In this document: positions 20,819-31,694 of the stretch, in pieces | Position numbering within the stretch: position 1 is the first letter of the stretch | How the letters are laid out: each line of letters starts with the position of its first letter | Origin: Nitrospirota bacterium | Lineage (GTDB): Bacteria > Nitrospirota > Nitrospiria > Nitrospirales > Nitrospiraceae | DNA length: 64,000 nt | Direction: 5' to 3' | NCBI GenBank assembly: GCA_963701855.1 | Contig: CAVPBK010000006.1 | Coordinates: forward strand, 1 to 64,000 | Position numbers and translations under genes: made by a program | The notes under the pieces: model-generated | What the model was told of the DNA's origin: nothing | What the model saw: the letters and a program-made list of their open reading frames with translations, nothing else | Database searches by the model: none

Positions 20819-20880
20819 TTTATCTGGTTGTCTGGTTTGTCTGGTTTCTTTTGTTCTTCGGAGCAAACAAACAAGGCAAA
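20819..20880. repeat. 9-mer-like (TTTGTCTGG) tandem repeat/hairpin
   Basis: TTTATCTGG TTGTCTGG TTTGTCTGG; related array at 22518-22593. Confidence 0.6.
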
Positions 20881-21059
20881 CGGTCTCACGCACCACGGCA
20901 AGGACCACCGGGAAACTGTATCAATATCCCCCTAAGAAGCGGCCCATTCTACCACTGCCCTCCCTCGACAGGACTCCTGATCCTATGCTAGCTTACGCGC
21001 TCATTTTCGTCTGATAGCTCTCGCAGAATCGTGATCGATCTGAGGGGGAAGGGACTGGT

Positions 21060-22478
21060 ATGTTCAAGAAAATTCTGGTGGCCAATCGTGGTGAAATCGC
21101 CATGCGGATTATCCGCGCCTGCCGCGAATTGAACATCGCGACCGCCGCCATATACTCCGAAGCCGATTCGACCGGGATCTATGTCAAGAAGGCGGACGAG
21201 GCCTACATAGTTGGCCCGGGACCGGTCAAAGGCTTTCTGGACAGCCAACAGATCGTCAACCTGGCACAACGAATCGGCGCTGATGCCATCCATCCAGGCT
21301 ATGGATTTCTCTCAGAAAACTCGCAATTTGCGCAGCTGTGCCACATCTCCGGCATTACCTTCATCGGCCCATCGCCGCGAGCCATCGACTTGATGGGAAG
21401 CAAGGTCAAAGCCCGCGATCTAGCCAAACGAGTCGGCATTCCAATCGTCCCCGGAACCGAAGGAGGCATCACCGACGTGAAGGATGCCTTGTCCTTTGCA
21501 AAAGATACCGGGTACCCTGTCATCATTAAAGCCAGCGCAGGCGGGGGAGGTCGTGGTCTCCGGGTGGTGCGATCTGATTCCGAACTTCACGAGAACATGG
21601 CCGTCGCATCACGGGAGGCCCAGGCTGCCTTCGGCGACGGAAGCATCTTCCTCGAAAAGTATATCGCTCGGCCGCATCATATCGAATTCCAAATCCTGGC
21701 CGACCGGCATGGCAACATCATCCATCTGGGTGAGCGGGATTGCTCGATTCAGCGCCGACATCAAAAGCTCATCGAGATTGCGCCATCTTTGATTCTCACG
21801 CCACAGCTTCGCGCCGAGATGGGTGAAGCAGCCATCGCCATCGCCAAGGCGGTCGATTATGACAATGCCGGCACCGTCGAGTTCCTCCTTGATCAGGATA
21901 ACCGCTATTACTTCATGGAGATGAACCCGCGCCTCCAAGTCGAGCATACGGTGACCGAGCAGATCACGGCGATCGATATCGTGCGCAATCAGATCGCCAT
22001 TGCAGCCGGCCTTCCTCTTGAGATCACGCAACAGGAGGTCACGCTTCAAGGCCATGCCATCCAGTGCCGCATCAACGCGGAAGACCCGAAGAACAACTTC
22101 CGGCCTTGCACCGGCACCGTCACGGCCTATCTCTCACCGGGCGGGATCGGGGTGCGCATCGACGGAGCGGTATACAAGGACTACACGGTGCCGCCCTACT
22201 ACGATGCCCTCTTGGCCAAACTCACCGTGCGCGGCCGTACGTGGGAAGAAACTGTCAGCCGCATGAGACGCTCGCTCGAAGAGTATGTCTTGCGCGGGGT
22301 GAAAACGACGATCCCCTTTATGATGGAGATCATGCAGGATCCGGACTTCATGGCAGGTCATTTCGACACCTCCTACCTGGAGACGCATCCTGAGCTGTTC
22401 AACTACGACGATTTTGAGGAGCCGGAGGATCTGGTGTTGGCGCTTTCCGCTGCCATCGCCGCCTACGAAGGGCTGTAG
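21060..22478 (+). CDS. pycA: Biotin carboxylase subunit, pyruvate carboxylase A type
   Basis: ANRGEIA, HPGYGFLSEN, ERDCSIQRRHQK and RLQVEH; adjacent to the carboxyltransferase gene. 2-oxoglutarate carboxylase cannot be excluded. Confidence 0.8.
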   Translation: MFKKILVANRGEIAMRIIRACRELNIATAAIYSEADSTGIYVKKADEAYIVGPGPVKGFLDSQQIVNLAQRIGADAIHPGYGFLSENSQFAQLCHISGITFIGPSPRAIDLMGSKVKARDLAKRVGIPIVPGTEGGITDVKDALSFAKDTGYPVIIKASAGGGGRGLRVVRSDSELHENMAVASREAQAAFGDGSIFLEKYIARPHHIEFQILADRHGNIIHLGERDCSIQRRHQKLIEIAPSLILTPQLRAEMGEAAIAIAKAVDYDNAGTVEFLLDQDNRYYFMEMNPRLQVEHTVTEQITAIDIVRNQIAIAAGLPLEITQQEVTLQGHAIQCRINAEDPKNNFRPCTGTVTAYLSPGGIGVRIDGAVYKDYTVPPYYDALLAKLTVRGRTWEETVSRMRRSLEEYVLRGVKTTIPFMMEIMQDPDFMAGHFDTSYLETHPELFNYDDFEEPEDLVLALSAAIAAYEGL

Positions 22479-22593
22479 CAGGATGCTAAAAAAATCCGCC
22501 GGCACAAAACGCCCGTTATTTGATTTGTTTGGTTTGTCTCGTTGGTCTGGTTGAACCAGACCATCCGGATCAACCAAAGAATCCAGATAAACC
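22479..22593. repeat. Family A left end followed by a 9-mer repeat hairpin
   Basis: CAGGATGCTAAAAAAATCCGCC, then TTTGTTTGG/TTGGTCTGG...CCAGATAAACC. Confidence 0.65.
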
Positions 22594-22605
22594 ACTCAAA
22601 GCAAC

Positions 22606-24558
22606 ATGGCGACACGACGACCCTCACGAACACAGCCCCCCAAGAAACGGGCAGCTGGGCCAGCCGTCCGGACGTCAAAGACACGCACCCGCAGCGGCCA
22701 AGATCTGACGATCCAACCGGCTGCGGGCAAGCCTATCCTGATCACCGATGTCGCCTTGCGCGACGGCCATCAGTCGCTCTTGGCCACGCGCATGCGGACG
22801 GAAGATATGCTACCCATTGCCCAAAAGCTCGACGCCATCGGCTATTGGTCACTCGAAGTCTGGGGTGGCGCCACGTTTGATACATGTCTCCGCTTCCTCA
22901 AAGAGGACCCCTGGGAGCGGCTCCGCGCGCTGCGCGCCGCCATGCCCAACACCAAGCTCCAAATGCTGCTCCGCGGGCAGAATCTGGTCGGTTACCGGCA
23001 CTATGCCGATGATGTGCTGGGACGGTTTATCGAACGATCCGCCGCTAATGGCATCAACGTCTTCCGCATCTTTGACGCCCTGAATGATGTCCGCAACGTC
23101 GAACAGGCCATGCGAGAAGTAAAAGCCTGCGGCAAACATGTCGAAGCTGCCATCAGCTATACCGTCAGTCCTGTCCACAGCATCGACCGTTTTGTCGACA
23201 TGGCGAAACAGCTGGAGGATTTGGGAACCGACACACTCTGTATTAAAGACATGGCCGGGCTCTTGAAGCCGCTTGATGCCTACCACCTCATACACCGTAT
23301 CAAAGCGGCGGTGCAGGTCCCGATACATTTGCATTCACACTACACCTCGGGGATGGCCTCGATGACCTCCCTCATGGCAATCTTGGGCGGTCTGGACATG
23401 CTGGATACATCCATCTCGCCGTTGGCCGGCGGCACCTCACATCCGCCAACGGAAACGCTGGTGGCCTCCTTGCGCAACACCCCATACGACACGGGCTTGG
23501 ATCCCGCCGCGTTCCTCCCGATCACCGAATATTTCCGCACCGTTCGGCGAAAGTACCGGCAGTTCGAAAGCGAGTTCACTGGTGTCGATGCTGAGATCCT
23601 CACCTCGCAGATTCCCGGCGGCATGCTCTCGAATCTTGCCGCACAATTGACCGAACAGAATGCGATCGATCGGATCAAAGAAGTCCTGGATGAAGTGCCT
23701 CGCGTCCGAAAGGAGATGGGCTATCCCCCACTTGTCACCCCGACCAGTCAGATCGTGGGCACCCAAGCCACGCTCAACGTCTTGACGGGAGAGCGGTACA
23801 AAGTCATCACCACGGAAACCAAGAACTACTTTCTCGGACTCTACGGGCGGGCTCCGGGGCCCCTCGATCACGACATCATGGCACGTGCGATCGGGGACGA
23901 CCATCCGATCAAGACAAGGCCCGCCGATCGGTTGGAGCCTGAACTGGAGGCAACCAGAAAAGATCTGCCCACCTCTGCCGCCACGATAGAAGATCAGCTT
24001 TCGTTCACCCTCTTCCCCACAATCGCACGAGACTTCTTCGAGGCACGCGAGAAGGGGGAGTTGACGCTGGAGCCGCTCGAGAGCTTCTTGCCCAGCGGAC
24101 CGGCTGCGGCCACTGAGCTCCATTTGGCCCCGGCTGAATTCAACGTCACGGTCCACGGCGAAACCTACCATGTACAGGTATCCGGTTCAGGACGGAAGGT
24201 GGACGGACGCAAGCCCTATTACATCCGGGTCAACGACAAACTCGAAGAAGTCTCGTTAGAACCGATCCAGGAAATCCTGGCCGGCGTGCCGGAAGCTCCC
24301 GGCGCTGGGCCCAACGCCAAACCCAAACGGCCCAGACCATCCAAGCCAGGAGACGTAGCCCCCCCGATGCCGGGCCGCGTCGTCAAATTACTCGTCGCAA
24401 TCAATGCCATCGTCAAAGCCGGCTCCCCCCTCCTGATCATCGAAGCGATGAAGATGGAAAGTCAGGTCCCGGCGCCGATCGACGGGAAAGTCACCGCCAT
24501 CCTGGTCGCCGAAGGCGACAACGTGAAAACGGATGAAACAGTCATCCAGCTGGAGTAA
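22606..24558 (+). CDS. pycB: Carboxyltransferase plus biotin carrier subunit, pyruvate carboxylase B type
   Basis: LRDGHQSLLATR, WGGATFD, IKDMAG, HLHSH and EAMKME biotinylation motif. Confidence 0.82.
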   Translation: MATRRPSRTQPPKKRAAGPAVRTSKTRTRSGQDLTIQPAAGKPILITDVALRDGHQSLLATRMRTEDMLPIAQKLDAIGYWSLEVWGGATFDTCLRFLKEDPWERLRALRAAMPNTKLQMLLRGQNLVGYRHYADDVLGRFIERSAANGINVFRIFDALNDVRNVEQAMREVKACGKHVEAAISYTVSPVHSIDRFVDMAKQLEDLGTDTLCIKDMAGLLKPLDAYHLIHRIKAAVQVPIHLHSHYTSGMASMTSLMAILGGLDMLDTSISPLAGGTSHPPTETLVASLRNTPYDTGLDPAAFLPITEYFRTVRRKYRQFESEFTGVDAEILTSQIPGGMLSNLAAQLTEQNAIDRIKEVLDEVPRVRKEMGYPPLVTPTSQIVGTQATLNVLTGERYKVITTETKNYFLGLYGRAPGPLDHDIMARAIGDDHPIKTRPADRLEPELEATRKDLPTSAATIEDQLSFTLFPTIARDFFEAREKGELTLEPLESFLPSGPAAATELHLAPAEFNVTVHGETYHVQVSGSGRKVDGRKPYYIRVNDKLEEVSLEPIQEILAGVPEAPGAGPNAKPKRPRPSKPGDVAPPMPGRVVKLLVAINAIVKAGSPLLIIEAMKMESQVPAPIDGKVTAILVAEGDNVKTDETVIQLE

Positions 24559-25525
24559 TCCGGTTGACCTGCGTACTCCCGGTCCTGCGTGCAGACAGCC
24601 GCATATTGCGCTGCTCATCTTCACCCTGTTGTGTCACCTCATGACCGCCTGCTCGTCTCCTTCGTCGATTCCGGCGCAGTTCGACGCCATTGAGCGCATG
24701 CCCGTTCACAGCGTCCTCGTCCACGGCCAGCGGATCGCCTATCTGGATGTAGGCAAAGGCCCACCGGTCATCCTCATCCACGGCTTCGGGGGATCGATGT
24801 GGCAATGGGAATATCAGCAACATGCGCTATCGCAGCACTTCCGCGTCCTCACACCCGACTTGCCGGGCGCCGGGCTGTCCGATAAACCTGAGATCGACTA
24901 TAGTCCGGATCAGATGCTGGACTTCTTTGTCGGATTCATGGACGCTGTGAAAACCCCGCAGGCCACGTTAGTCGGCAATTCCATGGGCGCCGGCTTAGCC
25001 ATCGGCATGGCGCTGGCACATCCCGCACGCGTCGCCAACCTCGTCCTTATCGACGGGCTGCCACAACACGTCATGGAGAAACTCACCAGCCCGTCGGTCA
25101 GGCGTGCCCTGGAAACCGGTGCGCCGTCCTGGCTCGTCTCATTCGGCAACATGCTGTTCGGCGGACTGATGATCAAATCCATGTTACAAGAAATCATACA
25201 TGACCCGGCACTCCTCACACCGGCCGTCATCGAGCGATCCAATCGCAACCGTCAGCGTCCTGGACTCATCAAACCTATTATGGCCGTCAGAGAGAACCTT
25301 CCATTATGGGAGTCCGGTTTTGCCACGCGCCTCGGTGAGATCACCCATCCGACGATGGTGCTCTGGGGGGAAGAAGATCGGGTATTCCCAATCGCTGTAG
25401 GCAAAGAACTCCATCAGACCATCAAGGGGTCACAATTCATCCGAATCCCCAAGGCCGGACATATCCCGCAGTGGGAACAACCGGATATGGTCAACCAGGA
25501 ACTCATCACCTTTATTCGTCCCTAG
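24533..25525 (+). CDS. Alpha/beta hydrolase (start uncertain)
   Basis: LIHGFGG, GNSMG and AGHIPQWE. Confidence 0.88.
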   Translation: MKQSSSWSNPVDLRTPGPACRQPHIALLIFTLLCHLMTACSSPSSIPAQFDAIERMPVHSVLVHGQRIAYLDVGKGPPVILIHGFGGSMWQWEYQQHALSQHFRVLTPDLPGAGLSDKPEIDYSPDQMLDFFVGFMDAVKTPQATLVGNSMGAGLAIGMALAHPARVANLVLIDGLPQHVMEKLTSPSVRRALETGAPSWLVSFGNMLFGGLMIKSMLQEIIHDPALLTPAVIERSNRNRQRPGLIKPIMAVRENLPLWESGFATRLGEITHPTMVLWGEEDRVFPIAVGKELHQTIKGSQFIRIPKAGHIPQWEQPDMVNQELITFIRP

Positions 25526-25669
25526 CAAAGATGTTATTCTCCTGCCCGCACAGGCAACCCATCGAGGTTCTCCGATGCAGGCATAGGTGTTCCAATGCCC
25601 GCCGGCGGCACAAGCACGACACTATATTCATGGTCGAATGGTCATCATCGATCCACCAAGGAGGGCAGT

Positions 25670-26326
25670 ATGAGGGCAGCACATCGAATGATCGTCGGAG
25701 CCACACTCAGCATGGCGATCGGGTTGGCCGGATGCGCAAGCACTGGCAGCCCCAGCTTTCTCTACAAGAACTACCCCGTCGCCGATGGCAGTGCGGTGGC
25801 TGGTGAGGGCCGCACCGTCCTCTTCAAGGGAAGCCCTCTTGCGTTATCGGGAGCCGGCATTAAAGTCGGCGACTCCCTCAGGGAAGTGACGCTGACACAG
25901 ACGGACCTGTCGCTGATCGCCCTCACCGACACAACGGGCAAGGGCAAAGTCCGGATCATCAGCGTCGTGCCGTCGCTCGACACCCCAGTGTGCGAAGAAC
26001 AGACTCACTATCTGAGCGAAAAAAATAAGGGCCTCGACAAGATGGTCGAATTGGTGACCGTGAGCGTCGACACTCCATTTGCACAAAAACGATTCGCAGA
26101 AATAGCCCATATCACCAACGTCACGTTCCTCTCTGACTATAAGGATGCTGAATTCGGGAAGGCCTATGGACTACTTCTCAAGGGCCCTCACATCCTGGCT
26201 CGTACAATCATGGTGGTTGATGCCCACAATACTGTGCGGCATCTGCAAGTTACCCCTGAATTGACCCAGTTACCGAACCTCGATGAGGCCTTCGCCGTGG
26301 CCAAGTCATTGATCACCGCAAACTAG
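25670..26326 (+). CDS. tpx: Thiol peroxidase Tpx-family lipoprotein
   Basis: Lipobox LAGC; VPSLDTPVC; DTPFAQKRF. Confidence 0.85.
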   Translation: MRAAHRMIVGATLSMAIGLAGCASTGSPSFLYKNYPVADGSAVAGEGRTVLFKGSPLALSGAGIKVGDSLREVTLTQTDLSLIALTDTTGKGKVRIISVVPSLDTPVCEEQTHYLSEKNKGLDKMVELVTVSVDTPFAQKRFAEIAHITNVTFLSDYKDAEFGKAYGLLLKGPHILARTIMVVDAHNTVRHLQVTPELTQLPNLDEAFAVAKSLITAN

Positions 26327-26336
26327 ATCAAGAAAA

Positions 26337-26405
26337 AGGCTGAGGGAGAGGTTGAGTCTAAGGAGAGGGGGGCGCATACTTCTTCTTAACCTTAGCCTTA
26401 ACCTC
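26337..26405. repeat. Hexamer-repeat hairpin
   Basis: GGCTGAGG/GGTTGAG...TTAACCTTAGCCTTAACCTC; similar array at 37415-37470. Confidence 0.6.
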
Positions 26406-26427
26406 ATCCTTCCTTTAAAATGAAGAG

Positions 26428-27852
26428 ATGGCCCAATACGATCTTCTCGTCATAGGGAGCGGGCCGGCCGGCCAGAAAGCCGCGGTCCAGGCTGCCAAGC
26501 TCGGTAAAACCGTCGGCATCGTCGAGCGCAGGAAAGTCGTCGGCGGCGTCTCCACCAACACCGGCACTATCCCCAGCAAAGCCCTCCGAGAAGCAGTTCT
26601 CTATCTCTCGGGATTCCGCCAACGCAACCTGTATGGAACCGCCTATCGTCTGAAAAAGACGGTCACGATTGAAGACCTTGCGTTTCGCTCAAACCACATC
26701 ATCAGAAACGAAATTGGGATCGTGGAAGATCAGATGGCGCGTAACCGCATCGATCTAATCTATGGAGAGGCCCACTTCGTCGATCCTCACCGGCTCCTCA
26801 TTCAACAGGCCGACACGTCGACCGAACATTATGCCCACGTGATCGTCATTGCAGTGGGGACAGTGCCGACCAGACCGGCCAACATTCCATTCGACGGTCA
26901 CACCATCATCGATACCGACGGCCTCCTCACGCTCAAACGCCTTCCGACCTCGATCGTCATTGTCGGCGGAGGGGTGATCGGCACAGAGTACGCATCGATC
27001 TTAGCCATGATCGGTGTGCAGGTCGTTCTGATCGACAAGCGGCCGCGTTTGCTTGAATTTGTCGACGCTCAGATCATCGACGCCTTGCAACGTCAGATGA
27101 CAGACATCGGCGTCACGCTCTGCCATGAGGAAGAAGTCGTCGCGATTCTGAAAGAGCCCAATGGGCAAATTACGGTCTCGCTGACACACCAGCCACCGAT
27201 CACCACCACGACACTCATGTATGCCATCGGACGCATCGGCGCCACGAAGCGCCTGAACCTGGAGACCGTCGGGCTCACGCCGGATGCACGAGGCCGCATG
27301 ACCGTCAACAACCATTTCCAAACAGCAATTCCCCATATCTACGCCGTAGGCGACGTCATCGGCTTTCCCGCCTTGGCTTCCACATCCATGCAGCAAGGGC
27401 GCCATGCTGCCTGCCATGCCTTTGGCCATCCCGACCACATAGACACAGACCTCCTGCCCTACGGCATCTATGCCATTCCTGAAATCTCCACGGTGGGACG
27501 GAATGAGGAAGAGCTGGCCAAGGCAGGGATCCACTATGCGGTCGGCATCGCCCGCTATCGGGAAATCGCCCGCGGGCAGCTGAGCGGCGATGAAACCGGC
27601 ATGCTCAAACTACTATTTAATCAACACACCCGTATGCTCCTGGGTGTCCATATCATCGGAGAAGGCGCCACGGAGCTCATTCATATAGGCCAGGCCGTCA
27701 TGGCCTACAAGGGAAACATCGATTACTTCATCGATACGGTCTTCAACTACCCGACCCTTGCGGAATGTTATAAAGTCGCGGCGCTCGACGGGATCAATCG
27801 TTTGCCGAGACCATGGCCTGAGCAGACGACAGACGTGAGACATGAGGCGTGA
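26428..27852 (+). CDS. sthA: Soluble pyridine nucleotide transhydrogenase
   Basis: GSGPAG, GTIPSKALREA, GGGVIG and FNYPTLAECYKVAALDGINR. Confidence 0.9.
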   Translation: MAQYDLLVIGSGPAGQKAAVQAAKLGKTVGIVERRKVVGGVSTNTGTIPSKALREAVLYLSGFRQRNLYGTAYRLKKTVTIEDLAFRSNHIIRNEIGIVEDQMARNRIDLIYGEAHFVDPHRLLIQQADTSTEHYAHVIVIAVGTVPTRPANIPFDGHTIIDTDGLLTLKRLPTSIVIVGGGVIGTEYASILAMIGVQVVLIDKRPRLLEFVDAQIIDALQRQMTDIGVTLCHEEEVVAILKEPNGQITVSLTHQPPITTTTLMYAIGRIGATKRLNLETVGLTPDARGRMTVNNHFQTAIPHIYAVGDVIGFPALASTSMQQGRHAACHAFGHPDHIDTDLLPYGIYAIPEISTVGRNEEELAKAGIHYAVGIARYREIARGQLSGDETGMLKLLFNQHTRMLLGVHIIGEGATELIHIGQAVMAYKGNIDYFIDTVFNYPTLAECYKVAALDGINRLPRPWPEQTTDVRHEA

Positions 27853-28002
27853 AACGTGTCTCGTTCAAGCGTTTCAGGTTGCAAGTTTTTAGTTGCAAGT
27901 TTTCAGAGAGTGGCCCGATAACTTGAAATCTGAGATTAGAAACCAGTACCTCCACTCCCGAACGACGATCCACGAACGACGCTCTATATCGAAAGGGCTC
28001 AC

Positions 28003-28671
28003 ATGTCGTTTACAAATCACTTGAGGCAACTCGCTAAATCCATCTGGAACGCTCAGATCACTCATCCCTTCGTCCTGGCGTTGGGCAACGGAACCTTGCC
28101 GGAACGTAAGTTCAAGTACTACATCCTGCAAGACGCACGGTTTCTCGGCGACCTCGCCCGTGTGTTTTCTGCCGGAGCGTTAAGAGCGCCGGATTCTGAT
28201 TCCGCACTGCGCTTCGCCAAACTCGCGGAAGAAACCATCACCGTGGAGCGGAGCCTGCACGAGAATTATGGAAGGCGCTGGAAGATGACCGCGAAGGAAA
28301 TGTCGTCTGTGCCGATGGCGCCGACGAACTACGCCTACACCAGGCACATGCTCACCGTCGCCCATACAGGCTCGGCAGCGGAGATCACAGTTGTCGCCCT
28401 CCCTTGCGCCTGGATCTACTGCGTCATCGGCCAGCATCTCTTGAAACATGGCACGCCAAAAAAGAATCATCCCTATCGGAACTGGCTTATGCTCTATGCC
28501 TCACCGGAGTTCGCCGAAGTGCAGGAATGGATGCGCGGAAAAGTGGACCTGTGGGCTAAGACGGCGGGCAAGGAAGAAAAGCAACGGATGGAAGAATCGT
28601 TCGTCATCAGCTCACGGTATGAGTGGATGTTTTGGGAGATGGCGTGGAAGGAGGAAACCTGGCCCGTGTGA
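28003..28671 (+). CDS. tenA: Thiaminase II
   Basis: HPFV, YILQD, ALPCAWIY and EWMFW. Confidence 0.92.
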   Translation: MSFTNHLRQLAKSIWNAQITHPFVLALGNGTLPERKFKYYILQDARFLGDLARVFSAGALRAPDSDSALRFAKLAEETITVERSLHENYGRRWKMTAKEMSSVPMAPTNYAYTRHMLTVAHTGSAAEITVVALPCAWIYCVIGQHLLKHGTPKKNHPYRNWLMLYASPEFAEVQEWMRGKVDLWAKTAGKEEKQRMEESFVISSRYEWMFWEMAWKEETWPV

Positions 28672-28821
28672 ACTGACGGGTCCTGTCGCTGACCAGCCCG
28701 TCCGTCCTCGCACCCCGCCAGGTGTAGGGACCCCGCTGCGGGCGGACGGGCGCCCAGGTCAGCGCCACCCGTCAAGTCACGACGGGCCAGATTGGGAAGA
28801 GACAGAAAGACCGAAGACCGA

Positions 28822-28903
28822 GGGTGGGGTGCCCTTGTGCTCGCAGAACGCGCACAATAAAGCAGTGCTCGTCCGATGCGCGCACTATGGGGCATCCCAC
28901 CCC
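28822..28903 (+). repeat. Family B hairpin repeat
   Basis: Core TGCTCGCAGAACGCGCAC...GTGCTCGTCCGATGCGCGCA inside a GGGTGGGGTGCCC/GGGCATCCCACCC stem. Confidence 0.85.
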
Positions 28904-29139
28904 CGACTCAGGGGACACACGGCCACGGATTAGAAAGAAAAGTAAGGAAAGGAACAGGCGGTGGTCGCTCGATGAGCGCAGTTCGAGACAATCTTCCCCC
29001 TCGCCCTAAATTCTAGACTGGCCACAGGAATGGGGCCGACGCTCCATGTGATTGGCCACAAACCTACGGACTTTGTACCGTTCCCGTACAGACAAACCAG
29101 CCCAAGGCGAATCGATACCTAACCAGGCATGCGGGCTTC

Positions 29140-29472
29140 ATGACTTCAGGAGGTAGTAACGTGCTCAATATAGCTGGTCTAGTGTTTGATATCGTTGGGG
29201 CTTTTTTTCTGATGTGGGGAGAGCTACATCAAAACGCGGCTTTTCTGAAGTATCAGGGAAAGGGCGAAGGCCAAACCTGGTTTGACAGCCAGGTGAAAAA
29301 GCTTACTTGGTGGAAACAATGGCCGCTTAAATTTGCGAGAGCTTGGGGTTCAACAAATTCAGCCGATATGGGGCAAGAATCCCTTCTTGACTCTTTTCCG
29401 CTGAAAGCATGGGGGATCATTCTCTTGACTCTCTGTTTTGGCCTACAAGCTTTGGCAAGCCTAATTCGTTAG
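29140..29472 (+). CDS. Hypothetical membrane protein with two TM helices
   Basis: LNIAGLVFDIVGAFFL and WGIILLTLCFGLQ; more AT-rich than flanks. Confidence 0.65.
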   Translation: MTSGGSNVLNIAGLVFDIVGAFFLMWGELHQNAAFLKYQGKGEGQTWFDSQVKKLTWWKQWPLKFARAWGSTNSADMGQESLLDSFPLKAWGIILLTLCFGLQALASLIR

Positions 29473-29565
29473 AAGCGACGGAGCGCCCAAATCAGGGGGA
29501 CGAAACTGGTCATGATGAAGTCACATGGCTCCGGCGAAATGTGGCACGGTGGTAGCAGCTACGCC

Positions 29566-30555
29566 TCTCAGCTTCTCATGATTTCAAATGCCTGATCTAC
29601 TACAAGGGCGAAATCATTTTTCAATTCCCGGAGCCGGTCGTGGACCTGCTCGAGCCTCTGAACTGAAAGCATGGCGTTCTTAGCTAATCCCGTTAAGGCC
29701 ACTTTGTCCGCTCCCTTGAGTACCTCCAAGAACTATTTTGACAACTCTTTGCTATCCATGCGGCTTTTTGGAAAGTGCAATTTCACGGCAATGTTCGTCG
29801 GCATCTTTCATGCCGAGTCTGAGCGTATCGATGTCCCGTTCGGTAGAGTTCTTGAGGATGCATTGCCTAAACACAGGCTCATTGCAACCCTGGTAAACCT
29901 TGGCTTTTGTCCCATCGCTTGCCTCTAAGAAGAGGTACACAAGGGCCTGCGGACTCCCTGGAAATATTGGCCACTTGGAGATGAGCTCCCAGAGTTTGGA
30001 TATTTGGAAACTCTGCCGAATACTTTCTGCATTTGTGAGGTAGGCTTTTACCAACTCTGAACGCTCATTTATCCCGATCCCCAGCTCCGTGTCTCCCGGA
30101 TCAAAAATTGGCTCAATCAATTTGTCAGCCACATTTGGATTCCGCACTAAGGCCAACCGCTCAAGATGGGTGGATTCCTGAAAATATTCTTGCCAGTGAT
30201 ATATGAAATCGAAAACACCAAAAACCTCCGGGTTCTCTCGCAAGCACGCACGGACGAAGGGATCAGGATCATTTCTCAGCCGATCTTCCAGATTTCTTTC
30301 AGGTGGTCCGATCTTTTCACCTGGATTATCTGGATCCCAGTCCCTGTAATCCAGCCGTATAGCATGCCGAGCCATCCATTGGCGGAGTTCGGCATCTTCG
30401 AGGGCAAGCAGTGCAATTTCATAGGGAGCGTAGTAACCCTTTTTTTGCAGTCTCTTAAAAAGGCGGATCCGCCCCTTGATATCGGAGTTCCTGTATTCAT
30501 GCCGAAGTTCTTCCAAAGTGTACGCATCAATGGCTGCATACCGATAGAGTGCCAT
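29566..30555 (-). pseudogene. HEAT/LRV-like repeat protein, disrupted near the C-terminus
   Basis: DPDPFVRACLRENP and RLALVRNPNV repeats; frameshift near 29765 and in-frame TAG near 29733 before FLEVLKGADKVALTGLAKN. Confidence 0.55.
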
Positions 30556-30859
30556 TGTGTGAGATCCTTTCCAAGCATTGTATCAACAGGAGGCGTCGGG
30601 CGATATCGTATCAACGGTTCTGCTGAAGGCAAAACGTTTTCGACGAAACTGCGGGCCGCATGAATCCCGACCCTAGCCTGCATTGCTCATGACGGTTCGT
30701 CGCAAATAATGAGAAAATCAACTGTGCCGCGTGATGCAGTAGCGATCTGACTGAGTCTTAGTGCGCGCGAGTGTTGATTGGCCTGCTGAAATTGGTCTAT
30801 TGGTAGCGTACGAGGCAAGGATGACGTGACTAGAAGCTGTGTGGATGCTATAAAAGAGC

Positions 30860-31174
30860 GTGGCTACCGTCCGGTTTGAGATTCATACACCGCTCGGCTT
30901 CACTGTTCGGACGACCGATGAATATTGGGAGCGCATCGTCAGTGAGAAGCACCGGAACATGCGGGGCCATGAAGACGAGGTCAAGAATACATTGGGCGAG
31001 CCCGATGTGGTCAAACAGAGCATCGCTGACCCCAATGTCTTGCTCTTTTACCGACCACGCCAAGAAGGTTGGACAGTCGCGGTTGCTCGCCGCTTGAATG
31101 GAGAGGGGTTTTTGATCACCTGTTACCTGACAGCCGTCATCAAGAAAGGGACGGAGATATGGAAACGAAAATAA
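30860..31174 (+). CDS. Putative RelE-fold (DUF4258-like) toxin
   Basis: WERIVSEKH...VKNTLGEPD...GFLITCY; overlaps the next gene. Confidence 0.7.
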   Translation: MATVRFEIHTPLGFTVRTTDEYWERIVSEKHRNMRGHEDEVKNTLGEPDVVKQSIADPNVLLFYRPRQEGWTVAVARRLNGEGFLITCYLTAVIKKGTEIWKRK

Positions 31175-31389
31175 AGCTGTTCTTCGATCCAGTCGGAAAT
31201 ACACTGACGGTGTGGTTCGGAGACCCCGATCAAGAGCACCTGTGCGAAGAAACTGGCAATGATGTCATCCTCATGAAGGATCGCAAGGGTCAGGTCATCG
31301 GTTTCGAAAAGTTGAACTTCGTCCCATTGGGAACAGAGATGCCGCTCGTCAGCTTCGAAACCATGGCAACGCCCGCCTCGATAAAATAG
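31159..31389 (+). CDS. DUF2283-type putative antitoxin
   Basis: FDPVGNTLTVWF...VILMKDRKGQVIGFE. Confidence 0.78.
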   Translation: METKIKLFFDPVGNTLTVWFGDPDQEHLCEETGNDVILMKDRKGQVIGFEKLNFVPLGTEMPLVSFETMATPASIK

Positions 31390-31396
31390 AGCACCC

Positions 31397-31624
31397 ATGA
31401 TCTGCAATATCTGTAAAAGCAAGGATGCGCTGGTTCGAAAAGTCACTCGGAGCTACAGCAAGGGCCGGAAACTTCTGGTGATCGAAAACGTGCCGGTTGT
31501 GACCTGTCCAAGCTGTGGAGAAAGCTACCTCACGGCAGACGCATTGCATGAGATTGAACGCATCAAGCTTCAGCGCAAGCGTGTCGCCCATCAACGTCCA
31601 GTCGCTGTGGCTTCGTTTGGCTGA
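31397..31624 (+). CDS. YgiT-type (MqsA-like) zinc-finger protein
   Basis: CNIC...VIENVPVVTCPSCGESY. Confidence 0.85.
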   Translation: MICNICKSKDALVRKVTRSYSKGRKLLVIENVPVVTCPSCGESYLTADALHEIERIKLQRKRVAHQRPVAVASFG

Positions 31625-31666
31625 ATCTCTCCTTCTCCTTTTACACTCGCATATTAATTCTCCCGC

Positions 31667-31694
31667 TGGACAGGCCTGGGATGCTGAGTATAAT
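31667..31694 (+). promoter_or_regulatory. Sigma70-like promoter of thiD
   Basis: TGGACA-16bp-TATAAT; AGGAG RBS downstream. Confidence 0.5.
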
